DNA of 64,000 nt, taken from contig NC_043001.1 in NCBI RefSeq assembly GCF_006345805.1, forward strand, positions 93,682,001 to 93,746,000, given 5' to 3'. This DNA is from Octopus sinensis (lineage: Eukaryota). The translations under genes were made by a program, and so were the position numbers. The notes under the pieces were generated by a model, which worked only from the letters and a program-made list of their open reading frames with translations, was not told where the DNA came from and made no database searches. This document shows, one piece after another, positions 9,416-20,917 of the stretch (positions within the stretch are counted from its first letter, which is position 1; every line of letters begins with the position of its first letter).

Positions 9416-12370
9416 ATGTAGGAGGGCTGCTGCGCGGAAACTGTAAAAAGAAAATTTCATTCCTGAGAGACCTTGTGACATGCAATCAAGCTATATGCAT
9501 GGCACTCACAGAAACGCATCTTGAACCCGATATAGGTGATGCAGAAATACACATGCCGCAATATGCAGTCATACGCACAGATAGAAAAGGGAGGAGCCAT
9601 GGTGGAGTTGCAATGTACATCCGAGATGACCTCACGCCCCAGGTCCTGCTGTCATATTCAAACTCAGTATGTGAAACTCAAATTGTACACATAAGACAAC
9701 TGAATATCGTCATATGCACTACATATCGCCCACCAGACGCCCCAAAACACTCAGGCATGTTTGAAGACTGCCTAACAAAAATAGGAGAAGTCCTCACCAA
9801 CCTTGAACAGCACAACAGTGTATTCTTCATGGGTGACTTAACCTCCCCAATGTGGAATGGCCTGGGGGGCAGATGCTCCCAGGGATGACACACCATCAGC
9901 AGGCACAGGTGGAGTCCTGCTCCATCTCACAAATACCTCTTTCATGGAGCAAATAGTTCTGCAACCAACAAGGGCAGATAATATACTGGATCTCTGCTTT
10001 ACAAACAATATGGATATTATCCATAATGTTAATGTGATGCCGACAATGATCTCGGATCACAACATAATAGAGCTGTCTATGTATGGAACAAAAGCCCCCG
10101 CAGACACACAGCCTATACGAAGCACCCACCATCTCTCCAACTTAAACTTTCATAAAGCCAACTGGAAGTCGATTGAGAAAGAGATCCTCAAACAGGATTG
10201 GCCTGAATGTCTCTCCACACCGGACATAAACATGAAACACAAACACTTCATGTCCATAATACAAGCCATATGTGACAAATATGTCCCAATGTGCAGGGCC
10301 AGCACACACAAGAATAAAAACAGGATCCCTAGAGAAAGGAGGATTCTTATGAGACGACGGACAAGGATTGCAAACCGCCTGAGCAAGCACACCAAAAGTG
10401 GTGAGAAGTCTCGGCTCGAAAGAATGCTAATGGAAACTGAGAAAAGTCTACATCAGTCCCATGAAAAGGAGAGAGCAGATAAAGAAGCTTGGGTAATAGA
10501 AAATATAAAATCAAACCCTAAAGCTTTCTTTAAGTTTGCCAAAGAGACAGCCACAGTGCACCAGAGAATAGGACCTCTCTTCCAAAAAGATGGCTCTCTC
10601 ACAGGAAATCCCACGAGGATAAGTGAAATACTGAACGAACAGTTCCAAAGTGTGTTCACTACACCTCTAGGACACAGGCAAGTAAACAACCCAGAAGAAT
10701 TCTTTGCCACTTTACCAGCGGCCAAAGAGACAAAAATTGAGTACATCAACATCGAAGAAGATGATATCACACTAGCCATTGATGAGATTGACACAAACTC
10801 AGCTGCTGGACCTGATGGATTCCCAGCGATCCTTCTCAAATCGTGCAAACGAGCCCTTGCAAAACCGCTACAGCTTCTTTTTCAGAGCTTTCTTGCAAGT
10901 GGTAAGCTCCCAGTCAAACTGAAAGAGGGGGTAATATGCCCTATCCATAAGGGAGGTAGCAGAGCAGATGCTAAAAATTATAGGCCTATCTCTCTGACCT
11001 CACACATCAGCAAAGTCATGGAACGAATAGTCCGTAAGAAACTAATCATGTTCCTTGAAGAAAATGACTTACTGTCTGACACCCAGCATGGATTTCGACC
11101 AGGTAGAGGCTGCCTAACACAGCTCCTGCAGCACTATGACTGGGTGTTGAAACAGCTACTAAATGGCTCAAATGTGGATGTAATATATCTTGACTTTGCA
11201 AAAGCCTTTGATAAAGTCGACCATGGTATGATCTGTCACAAACTGCGTGGTCTCGGCATAGGCGGGAAACTTGGAGAGTGGCTGCACAACTTCCTAAAAG
11301 ACAGAAAACAGGCAGTTGTGAGCAATGGAGCCACCTCCAGGGAAACGCAAATAACAAGCGGTGTCCCACAGGGCACTGTCTTGGGGCCACTGATGTTCAT
11401 AGTGGCCCTTTCAGACATGCCTTCAGTTGCTACGATGACCACCCTTGCTAGCTATGCAGATGACACAAAGGTCTCCCACGCAATACAAACCCTGAAAATA
11501 TTGCGCATCTGCAACATGAGCTGGACACAATATACAGGTGGGCTGAGGACAACAACATGCAGTTTAATGCAGGTAAGTTCCAGGCCCTGCGCTACTGGCA
11601 CACAAAGGTAAATGACGTGAAGACTGGATACACTGGCCCAGGAAGAATTGCAATCCCTGAGTCAAAATCAGTGCGTGACCTGGGCATTGACATGAGCAAT
11701 GATGCATCTTTCCAAATGCATATTGCTAATCTGGTGATAAAATGCAGACGGCTAGCTGGATGGATTCTCCGAACTTTCAGAACAAGAGAGAAGGAGACAC
11801 TGATGGTCCTATGGAAAACATTTGTCCTCAGCCGCTTGGACTACTGCTCCCAACTTTGGTCACCACACAATATAAAACAAACAGCAGAACTCGAAGCAAC
11901 TCAGAGAAGCTACACAAAGAAAATCGTCTCAATGCAAAATGTCAGCTACTGGGAAAGACTGAAGGTATTAAACCTCTTTTCCCTGGAGCGGAGGCGGGAG
12001 AGATATGCAGTAATATACATCTGGAAAATCCTGGAGGGTCTTATCCCAAACTTTGGCATTCAAAGTTACTCCACCGCAGAACGGGGCGCCGCTGCGTGGT
12101 GCCAAGGATTCCAACATCACCATCAAAATACAGGTCCAGATACTGCAACAGCTTGGGTTTCAGAGGACCACAGCTTTTAACATCCTCCCTAAATGCCTGA
12201 GAGACTTACATGGTGTGGATGTGGGTTTCTTTAAAACTAAACTGGATCTCTTCTTGTTGGAAGTCCCAGATGAACCTACCTCACGACAGGGACGCGGATG
12301 GATGCGGGCAGCAGCATCGAACTCCCTTGTTGATCAAGTGCCACGTATCAGAGGTGGATTCACAAACTAG
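9361..12370 (+). pseudogene. LINE ORF2 (APE endonuclease and reverse transcriptase), split by about 4 small frameshifts
   Basis: ORFs 9268-9888, 9857-11611, 11557-12180, 11742-12200 (end) and 12053-12370 (end) join at about 9840, 11490, 12070 and 12178; no nonsense codon was seen inside the joined segments. Confidence 0.9.
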
Positions 12371-12490
12371 TGTGCTCATTCAGCGGTGGTGCCCCAGCAT
12401 GGCCGCGGCCTTCGGGCTAAAACATTTTTAAGGATTTTAAGGATTTATACATATATATATTAATATATATATATATATATATATATTTTT

Positions 12491-12544
<54 letters not shown>

Positions 12545-12631
12545 TATACATATATATACATATATATACATTATATATATTACATATATATACATATATA
12601 TACATATATATATATACATATATATATACAC

Positions 12632-12676
<45 letters not shown>

Positions 12677-12748
12677 TATATATATATGTATATGTGTACA
12701 CACGTATGCGTGCACGTACACATACATATATATATATATACAATCTCG

Positions 12749-13321
12749 TTAATTTAATTGCTTTCCATTTATCGATAAATCATAGATATATATGTGTTTT
12801 TTAAAAGTACGATTAAGATAAGCTTTTAACAATGTAGGAATTTTGCATCTTCCATTAACCATTTTAATTCCTGTTAACTTTCCAACGACTACAAAGTAAG
12901 TAGTATCTCTATTCGCAAATTCGTTATCGCAAGCAACTGTTTCATTAATGGTACTTATCATACCAGCGGTCTTATCCTTTGTGTTCGACGCAACGCCAAC
13001 ACTAATAGTATTGAACAAAGCTGGACAGAACTCATTCAGAACTTTATCAAAACTTGTTTTATCAGCGTATTAACACATGTAAGGAAACAAAATGGAAATT
13101 TGCTACATGCCCCACCGGTCACATCTGTTTTGCTTTCTTAAAAAAGTAGGATGTGACGTATTTAAAACTGAATGGTTTATTTTCGGCAATTTTGCCCTCA
13201 CGCTCTCCATACTTTTATTTATCATATCTGCACTCAACCTGTCCTTTAAATGAGTAGCTATGTGTATTTTTTCTTGATGATATCGGAAAGAATGAAAGTT
13301 CAGACGCAAGACTGCAGCCAT
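12749..13321 (-). pseudogene. Unassigned decayed ORF of 191 codons with two in-frame stops
   Basis: ORFs 13103-13321 and 12749-13018 share one frame and are bridged by *QISILFPYMC*YADKTSFDKVLNEFCPA; the composition is not low-complexity. Confidence 0.45.
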
Positions 13322-13483
13322 TTTTTGATGTTCTAAATTTTCTATTAGTTTAGTCTTAATGGGTTATGAAATCAAAGACATACATCCACATGAATGAAAC
13401 AAGAAAATCTACTGACATTTGAATAACTCGAAACCGTTGTATATCAATGCTTTTAAAGACGCATAACTACTAAGATGTATAAA

Positions 13484-13825
13484 GGGTAAAGACCCCCTTC
13501 GGTCATGAATGACCATGGGATTGCACCTAGAAAGTTACCCTCCTAGACACAAGTCCGGGCAAGGTTGTTTTTATGGAAGACCAGCAGTCGCCCATGCATA
13601 CCAGCCTCCCCTCTCCACGCCACCAGTGTTATCCCAGGGAAAGACAAAGGTCGATACAGCTTGGCACCAGTGACGTCGCAACTCATTTCTACAGCTGAGT
13701 GAACTGGAGCAACGTGAAATAAAGTGCCTTGCTCAAGAACACAACACGCAGCCCGGTCCGGGATTCGAGCTCACAACCTCACGATCGTAAGCTCGACGCT
13801 CTAACCACTGAGCCATGCGCCTTCA
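13484..13825 (-). mobile_element. tRNA-derived SINE family D (CORE-like central region)
   Basis: Minus strand: TGAAGGCGCATGGCTCAGTGGTTAGAGCG (A box), GAGCTCGAATCCC (B box-like), then TTCTTGAGCAAGGCACTT..CTCCAGTTCACTCAGCTGTA. Confidence 0.8.
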
Positions 13826-13906
13826 ACCTTTGCACTTTCATGTATTTGTTTCACACACATGTGCTTGTGAAAAATTGTCATATATCCATATACTTATTTG
13901 CTTTAT

Positions 13907-14269
13907 GTGGAGGTGCAATGGCCCAGTGGTTAGGGCAGCGAATACGCGGTCATAGGATCGCGGTTTCGATTCCAAGACAGAACGTTATGAGTGTTTCCTG
14001 AGCGAAGACACCTATACATCCACGAGGCTCGCGCTGGGAAGGAGGGGTTCTAATCCTGCTATATTCTCTCCCCACAACTTTCTCTTGTTGTCTCTGTTGT
14101 ACCTGTATTTCAAAGGGTTACATTCTTTTTCACACTGAATCGCCCCGACAACTACGTTATGATTACACGTGTCAGTGGAGTGCTCAGCCACTTGCACGTT
14201 AATTTCACGAGCAGGCTGATCCATTGGTCGGATCAATTGGAGCCCTCATCGTAACTGACGGAGTGCCAC
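13907..14269 (+). mobile_element. SINE family B, tail type 1
   Basis: Colinear with 5435-5810, including the tail CACGTTAATTTCACGAGCAGGCTG...GACGGAGTGC. Confidence 0.88.
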
Positions 14270-14597
14270 GATTTGATTTATGCTTGGTACGTTGCTTTGA
14301 ATAGATTATTCCTATATTTACCGTACGAATCGTGACGCATACAGTTTCTCTAACATCGATTTCATCGATAGCAATTGTTATACCTTTCTTAGTCCGTGCT
14401 AATCAATCATCAAATTGTATGACACAAAGCGTTTTTGATAATTACACATTATGCTCAAAGTCCATGATCTACATTTCATAATTACCGGAATATTACCGAC
14501 GAAAAGGTCAGAGTAACGATTTATGAAGTTTAAGCATCTGATGATATATATTGCTAATCTGAGTATTGAGTACTTTCTTTTCTTTCTCTTCTGATAC

Positions 14598-14635
<38 letters not shown>

Positions 14636-14991
14636 CACACACACATATATATATAATATATATATTATATATATATATATATATAACATATACTTTCATA
14701 CATGTATACGTGCGAACCCAAGTGTGTGTGGACGGGTTTACGACTGATCTGTATCGACAAAGGCGTTAAACTCGATAATCCGGTGCAGTAGAGGAAGACA
14801 TATCTTTTGGTATTTATTATGAACGTGTGACATATCCTACATTGTATTATAATTGTTTGGAAATCTGGGGGTAACGGCGAATTTCTTCACAAAGAAAAAC
14901 ATGGTATAAAATATATTTTGAACAAAAGTCAGACACACACACATACACACGCACGCACTCACACACACACACAAGAGTCATCGATATTACA

Positions 14992-15180
14992 TCTTTACTC
15001 TTTTTTACTCATACTTTTTTCAGTCATTTAACTTTAACCGAGTTTAATCGAGCACATCGACCCCATTCTTTGTAAGCCTAGTACTTATTTTATCTGTCTC
15101 TTTTGCCGTTAAGTTACGGGGACGAAAACACACCAACATCGGTTGTCAAGCGATGTTGGGGAACAAACACAGACACACAA
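14992..15180 (-). mobile_element. SINE family C, 3' half only
   Basis: Matches the tail module at 38260-38458, 42340-42540 and 49772-49990. Confidence 0.75.
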
Positions 15181-15219
15181 ACATATACACACACATACAT
15201 ACATATATACATATATATA

Positions 15220-15425
15220 TCACGTGATCACGTGACCGACCAGACCATCAGATGTTGTTACACATTGCTGGTCACAATGCGTTCACCACGCCGCTGGCTA
15301 AGCGAGCAGGCCAACAGAAGAAAGAGTGGGAGAAAGAGTGGTGAAAGAGTACAGCAGGGATCACCACCACCTGCCGGAGCCTCGTGGAGCTTTTAGGTGT
15401 TTTCGCTCAATAAACACTCACAACG
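15220..15425 (-). mobile_element. SINE family B, tail type 2, head missing
   Basis: Colinear with 37652-37904 but stops at CACAACG, where the 15423-16353 unit begins. Confidence 0.8.
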
Positions 15426-16346
15426 TACATATATGTTTATATATATGCATATGTTCTATTTTATTAACATATTATACGACTAAACGCACGCACCCTATTA
15501 AGTAAGATTGTTCTGTTTATCAAGTTAGCCTTGATATTAACTCACACGCGACTCTGCATCTTTCCTTCTTTCTCTCCCATTCCCTTTTTCGTCCTTTTTC
15601 CCTCACTTAACTTGTCTCTTCCTCTCTCTCTCATTCTTCATTCTCTCTCTCCCCCTCATCATTCTTCATGGTCTCCTCGCACCATTCCCCTTCTTCTCTC
15701 TCTTCCTCTTGCTCCTCCTCCCCCATTCCCGTCGTCCATCTGCGACGATACTTCCGTCGTAACTGCTATCCTGTCTTTTCTCGCCCGCCTTCTAAGGCCA
15801 CTGGTCGACATTCTTTCTCTCTCGTCGTCCACTATAATCCAGCGTTTGCATTACTTTTTTCGTCTGGCGTAAACAGCCCTTCTTATCTTGTTCTCCTTGT
15901 CCTGTCTCTCACTGTTATATATTTATTTTTCAACTGTTTATATATAATTTTTTTTTTTTTTTACTGTTTATATGTTTGTACTGTCGTTACCGTCTTGCTT
16001 TTTTTACCATTCTTTACCCCTCTGCGAAAAGATCTCAGAATTTTAATTGATTTGCTTTTCGCAGGAAGGAAGTTTCTTCGAAGTATACGTCTCGCTTTTA
16101 TCCTTCGAAACGTAGAGTAGATGAAACCTTAGCGACTGAAGAAGGGGATTTTTCGTTGTGCTTATTGTCCTGTATCTCTTTTTTTCTTTTTTGCTTGTCC
16201 TGTTCCTTGGTTTGTGTCTATGTTTTTCGTCTCTCTATGTGTTCGACGTCTTTTTGGTGTCCTGTACACATATATGCGTGTATATGTACATGTAGAGGTA
16301 GGTACGTACATATATGTTTATATATATGCATATGTTCTATTTTATT

Positions 16347-16353
<7 letters not shown>
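15423..16353 (+). mobile_element. Probable Penelope-like 3' end bounded by about 50-bp direct repeats
   Basis: ACGTACATATATGTTTATATATATGCATATGTTCTATTTTATTAACATAT at about 15423 and 16304. Pyrimidine-rich interior; hammerhead-like words GAAACGTA (16107) and CTGAAGA (16136); possible decayed GIY-YIG end near 15500-15550. Confidence 0.45.
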
Positions 16354-16423
<70 letters not shown>

Positions 16424-16428
<5 letters not shown>

Positions 16429-16469
16429 TTTAACAATTGAGGATAATTATACTCAATTGTTAAACTTAT
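16424..16469. repeat. Perfect 18-bp inverted repeat with a 10-nt loop
   Basis: ATAAGTTTAACAATTGAG (16424-16441) / CTCAATTGTTAAACTTAT (16452-16469). Confidence 0.92.
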
Positions 16470-16810
16470 TCCGAAATTTTTTCTTACCCGACATGCAGTT
16501 TGAAAGAAGCCCGCCATTTACCGAATATATGATTTATAAACATTCCATGTGCTTGGCCGGAGTGAATAGATGTCTGTTCGTCTTCGCTACGTAAGGTTGG
16601 TGGTTTATTTATGATGTGTTCAGAATCAGTTCTGCTGAGGATCATAAGACGTAAGTTGAATGTGAAATCACGGTGATACAGAACTAAATTCATTTTTTTA
16701 ATTGTCTTGCTTTGAAGAACTGCATTTAGGTATGATTAGTATAATTTTGGTAGTAATGACTTTGTCCCTCTTAGTGTGAGGCATTTATGTGTAATAATGC
16801 CCTCTATACA

Positions 16811-16856
<46 letters not shown>

Positions 16857-16860
16857 GCAT

Positions 16861-17022
16861 ATATACGACGCGCTTTTTTCAGTTTCCGTCTACCAAATCC
16901 TCTCACAAGACTTTGGTCAGTTCGAGGCTGTAGTAGAAGACACTTGTCCAAGGTGCCACGTACTGGGATTGAACCTGGAAACATGTGGTTCGTAAGTAAG
17001 CTACGTACCACACAGCCACTCC
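16861..17022 (-). mobile_element. SINE family C, 5' half (tRNA-like head and CORE-like region)
   Basis: The reverse complement matches 38010-38170 and 42147-42310 (CCACATGTTTCCAGGTTCAATCCC..GGCACCTTGGACAAGTGTCTTCTACTA). Confidence 0.8.
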
Positions 17023-18408
17023 TACGGAGAATATCAAGAAATATATGCAAAAACCGCAGTAAAGTTTTAATATTGTTGGAAAGGTTTTTCTGATTTTAAA
17101 GGATGGAACAAGCAAAAATGTATTTACCTGATGGTTTATTATCGACACCTGAACACTAACGAGATGTGAATATATTTAACAGTGATTGTAAATGAAAATA
17201 GCAAAACACTATTAATTTTTCTTAATTTTCATTTTGAAGTTGTTTCTTCCTTTCTACAGTCTTTTGCTTGGCTCTTTGCCAAAATTACAAAGGTTGAAAA
17301 TAACATTGTAAATATTTAGAAACAGCAACTAGAATTTTCTGTGCCAGGATAGTAAAAAATACATAAAAGGACTATAATTGAAGACAGATACAAAAAAAAC
17401 CTATGATTCGTGTTGTAAATATTATTTTAGTCAACTTTTCCCCGAAAAAATTAAAGATACGGAGAGAATATATACTTCAGATTCTAGTTACAGTAAATGC
17501 TGGTATTTTTAACATGGTAAAAACGAAAAGATTTTCCTAAACATGGCAGAATATAAAGAACTTAAAAGCTATTCACTTTAAATAAACCAAAGTCATTACA
17601 GATCTCGTAGTTATCTTAACAGGAATATAGCCGGCTAAGTAATTGAAAATTTCCCTTCACAAACTACTGTTATTAATGATTGCTATTAACGTTGCTGCAT
17701 GTTTCATCTCTGGATATTTTTTTTTCAATTATTTTATCGCTAATTATATTTGACATGGAATGCGATATTTTCATAAAATAATGGCCACAAGGATGGGAAA
17801 TAACCTAAATTGAAATTTACGGTATATTTAATAATATTAAATATTTTAATATGTACTAAATCTTTCAATCTAAAACCTTTGATTCGAAAAATTAAAGCAA
17901 ACAAAACAAGCATACATCATCTAGATTTAATATTCTTTCATTCCGCGCCACGGTTGTTGTTTCAAAAAATATATAAGCATAAACTAAAGATAAAGACACA
18001 CTGAAGTATAATCATGAAATCTTTAATTGGAAGTAAGCAATCACTTCGTGAAGCATACATTTTAGCTTCGGGTGAATTCAAAGAATAACTCCTCTTAATG
18101 AAGTTTCCTCTTTATCTCTCACCACCTGTCTCCCCCGCTCTTTCTGCATAGATACATATATTTATTCATATAAAGATACATACATACATACAACTACTAC
18201 TGGCTAAGAGTATACAAACTGCACCCCTCTACCAAGGTATGTAGAGTCAGTGTGACAGAGTACATTCAAAAACACCAGTAGACCCACAGTATCAAATTCA
18301 CGCTCTCCACATCTGACCACGGTTGTTAGAGAGATCTCTCTGAAGCCTTCGTTCTGCTGTGGTTTGAACGTAGCCAGCCCCATCCAATCCAATATATCAA
18401 TATCTACA

Positions 18409-18840
18409 AAGCGCCGAGCTGGCAGAAACGTAAGGACGCCGGGCGAAATGCTTAGCGATATTTCGTCTTCTCAGGTTCTGAGTTCAAATTCCGCCGAGGT
18501 CGACTTTGCCTTTCATCCTTTCATGGTCGATTAAATAAGCACAAGTTACGTACTGGGGTCGATATAATCGACTTAATCCGTTTGTCTGTCCTTGTTTGTC
18601 CCCTCTGTGTGTAGCCCCTTTTGTGCAGTAAAGAAAGAAGAAACGTTAGTACGCCGGGCGAAAAGCTTAGCGATATTCCGTCTGTCTTTAAGTTCTGAGT
18701 TCAAATTCCGCAGAAGTCGACTTTACCTTTCATCCTTTCGGGGTCGATAAATTAGGTACCAGTTGCTTACTGGGGTCGATCTAATCGACTGGACTTCCTC
18801 CCTCAAATTTCTGGCCTTGTGCCTAGAGTAGAAAAGAATA
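18409..18840 (+). mobile_element. Head-to-tail dimer of SINE family A with two different 3' tails
   Basis: Unit 1 (18409-18638) ends in TTAATCCGTTTGTCTGTCCTTGTTTGTCC..; unit 2 (18639-18840) ends in CCCTCAAATTTCTGGCCTTGTGCCTAGAGTAGAAAAGA. Confidence 0.88.
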
Positions 18841-19265
18841 TCTATACGTGAAGTATATCTATACGTGAATGTGTGTGTGTGTGTATAATTTGTAACACTA
18901 TAGTATGTAATTTAAGCGTAAAACAGTAAATCCGATGGGGAAAATATGAGGCCAGAGAAACTTGTAATGGCCAACCTTCTGGTTTATCACGTTAGTGTCG
19001 TTGCTTTTGTGTAGCCCTAAATTTTGTTTGAATCACGAATAACATCGCTCCGATCATGGTAATTGCATCGTAGTTTCAGACATTGCGACAAAAACTACGT
19101 CATCAAATGTGTTCCTCAATCTCTAAAATGGCAGCATACCATTTCTGAGACATTTAACAACTATTTCTCCCAATGAAACAGATTACATAGAAAGTTCGTC
19201 AATAATGTTTTCGTCACTACAATTGTCTCTTGTGCAGCCATCCTCCAACACCAATTTAAACATAC

Positions 19266-19408
19266 CTGAAATACTTGTCATTACCCTTGTGCTATAATAG
19301 TTCATTGCAGTATGAAATTCCAGCCAGTTGTTTAAATATGTGGCTGCCCCCTCATTATCGTGTATAGCTATTGCACGAAGCTTAATCAATGTTGTTATCG
19401 TGCAATTC
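19266..19408 (-). CDS. Candidate internal exon of 143 bp, unknown gene
   Basis: Acceptor TCTTTTTGCACAG| and donor CAG|GTATGT. Only one frame is open: NCTITTLIKLRAIAIHDNEGAATYLNNWLEFHTAMNYYSTRVMTSIS. Confidence 0.35.
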
Positions 19409-19479
19409 CTGTGCAAAAAGATTTATTTTAAAGTGAGGAAAGGCTGTGCACTAAGTCAATCTCACTCACTAAGCAACAG

Positions 19480-19740
19480 CAGCCATAATACGATAGGTAA
19501 CCACTGAGCCGCAGGTTTTATGTCGGAGTTATCCCAGTTACCCGAGTTACCTTCTCCTAGAAGGATGCCCTAACAAAGGCTAGAAGTCCTTCACTCCCAA
19601 TGGTTTAACTTGGTGAGGAGGGTGTTTATTGGATACCCTGCGAGATGAAAAACAGAACTCGTTAAAGGGCGGATTAACTCTTGAGATTCAACGGCCATCC
19701 AATAAATGTCTTAAGAATGTATCATGCGCGGGGACATAGA
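19480..19740 (+). other. GC-richer island resembling an RTE-type 5' UTR or other interspersed repeat
   Basis: Recalled similarity only (TACCTTCTCCTAGA..GGTTTAACTTGGTGAGGAGGGTG..AAAGGGCGGA); single copy in the window. Confidence 0.25.
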
Positions 19741-20197
19741 AATAATCAGAGTTTAAATATAGATCAGGCACAAATGTATTAAGTATGCTCGCGCAAGTGT
19801 GTTCGTGTGCATAAACTAACGGGTATTTAGATTATTTTCAGTCAACATAATTTTACTCAAATGCCTTGGATCAACAGGAGACAACAGTAGAAGCCACTTA
19901 CTGGTTAATATATCTCGCAGGGGAGTCTAGTTGGAGACCACGCGATCTATCCGGATTGAAATATAGCAACTGATAACGATAAGACGCATCCTATCACTAC
20001 TTATAATTCTTTTGTTTCAAAGAATTGCGTCCTGGGTTAGTTGACTTTGAAGAAAGCTTCAACGTAGACAATGATTACAATTTGAATAGACTTCTCAGAA
20101 AAATACTTCCTTTGGCGTCTGTAAAATTGCCAGAATTCAGTATTTTTTTCCCTTTGTCTCTATTTACACACAAGTGTACTGCACCAAGAGTAATACA

Positions 20198-20235
<38 letters not shown>

Positions 20236-20917
20236 TACAATCGCACGCATGCGTACACATACACCTATAATCACGCACCGATACACACACATACAAATAT
20301 AATCACACGCAGTTCAAAGAGAGAATTATTAAGATTCTACCATTTGAATGGAAATATAAATCTGACGGTTGAAGAAGGTATTATTACGTAAGGTATTATT
20401 TTATAAATGAAAGAGCAGCAGATCACAATGAGACGTACTTATGACAGTGCAAATAGTAAAAAAAAAAAATGGAGACGGAGAGAATGAAACGAAGACCGAA
20501 GTGGAGAAGTACGAGAGAAAAGGATGAAAACAAATAGGCAAAAAAATAATAAATAAAAGTTGGTGGAGAGAACGTGAAAGATGAGATGTTAATAAGTATT
20601 TTATTATTTTTTTAATATCAGAATGGAATACGAATGATACAGGTTTTAAGTCTAGACATTATATAGCTATAAGAGATGGGTGTCAGACCTCAAGGAACAA
20701 AATACCGAAGTTATTGTGGTTAAGTTGCTGAATTGAAATTATTTATTTATTATATGGTTTTAATATTTTATTGTCTGCATTTACCTCTTACTTCATGAGC
20801 ATTAAATTAACCTTCTGTTTTCTTTCTAGATTATATGCTACTCATGTTAAAATATATTCAAAATCTCTCGCTTATAAATATATATAATTCAGGGTATATA
20901 TATATATATATATATAT

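Larger units (their letters stand above)
8611..12446 (+). mobile_element. Near full-length CR1-clade LINE (ORF1, APE-RT ORF2, short tandem-repeat tail)
   Basis: APE motifs (LLNVGGL, ALTETHL, DRKGRSHGGVAMYI, YRPPD, MGDL, LDLCFTN, SDH) and RT motifs (GPDGFP, NYRPISLTSHISKVMERIV, QHGFRPGRGCLTQL, YLDFAKAFDKVDH, GVPQGTVLGP, YADDTK). CR1 C-terminus (LDYCSQLWSP, YWERLKVLNLFSLERRR). Tail (TTTTAAGGA)x2; (TA)n on both sides. Confidence 0.95.

Noticed and set aside
8529-11442. Minus-strand and alternative-frame ORFs over the LINE (e.g. 8529-9077, 10453-10848, 11046-11390)
   Set aside because: They are antisense shadows of the CR1 coding sequence with no independent motifs.
9830-12190. Programmed ribosomal frameshifting in the LINE ORF2
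   Set aside because: Several scattered breaks inside conserved domains with no slippery-site plus structure pattern; mutation or sequencing error is simpler.
17230-17370. Minus-strand frame faintly like the 4170-4352 peptide (L*FWQRAKQK..KQL)
   Set aside because: It has an internal stop and the similarity is too short to distinguish from chance in K/Q-rich AT-biased sequence.
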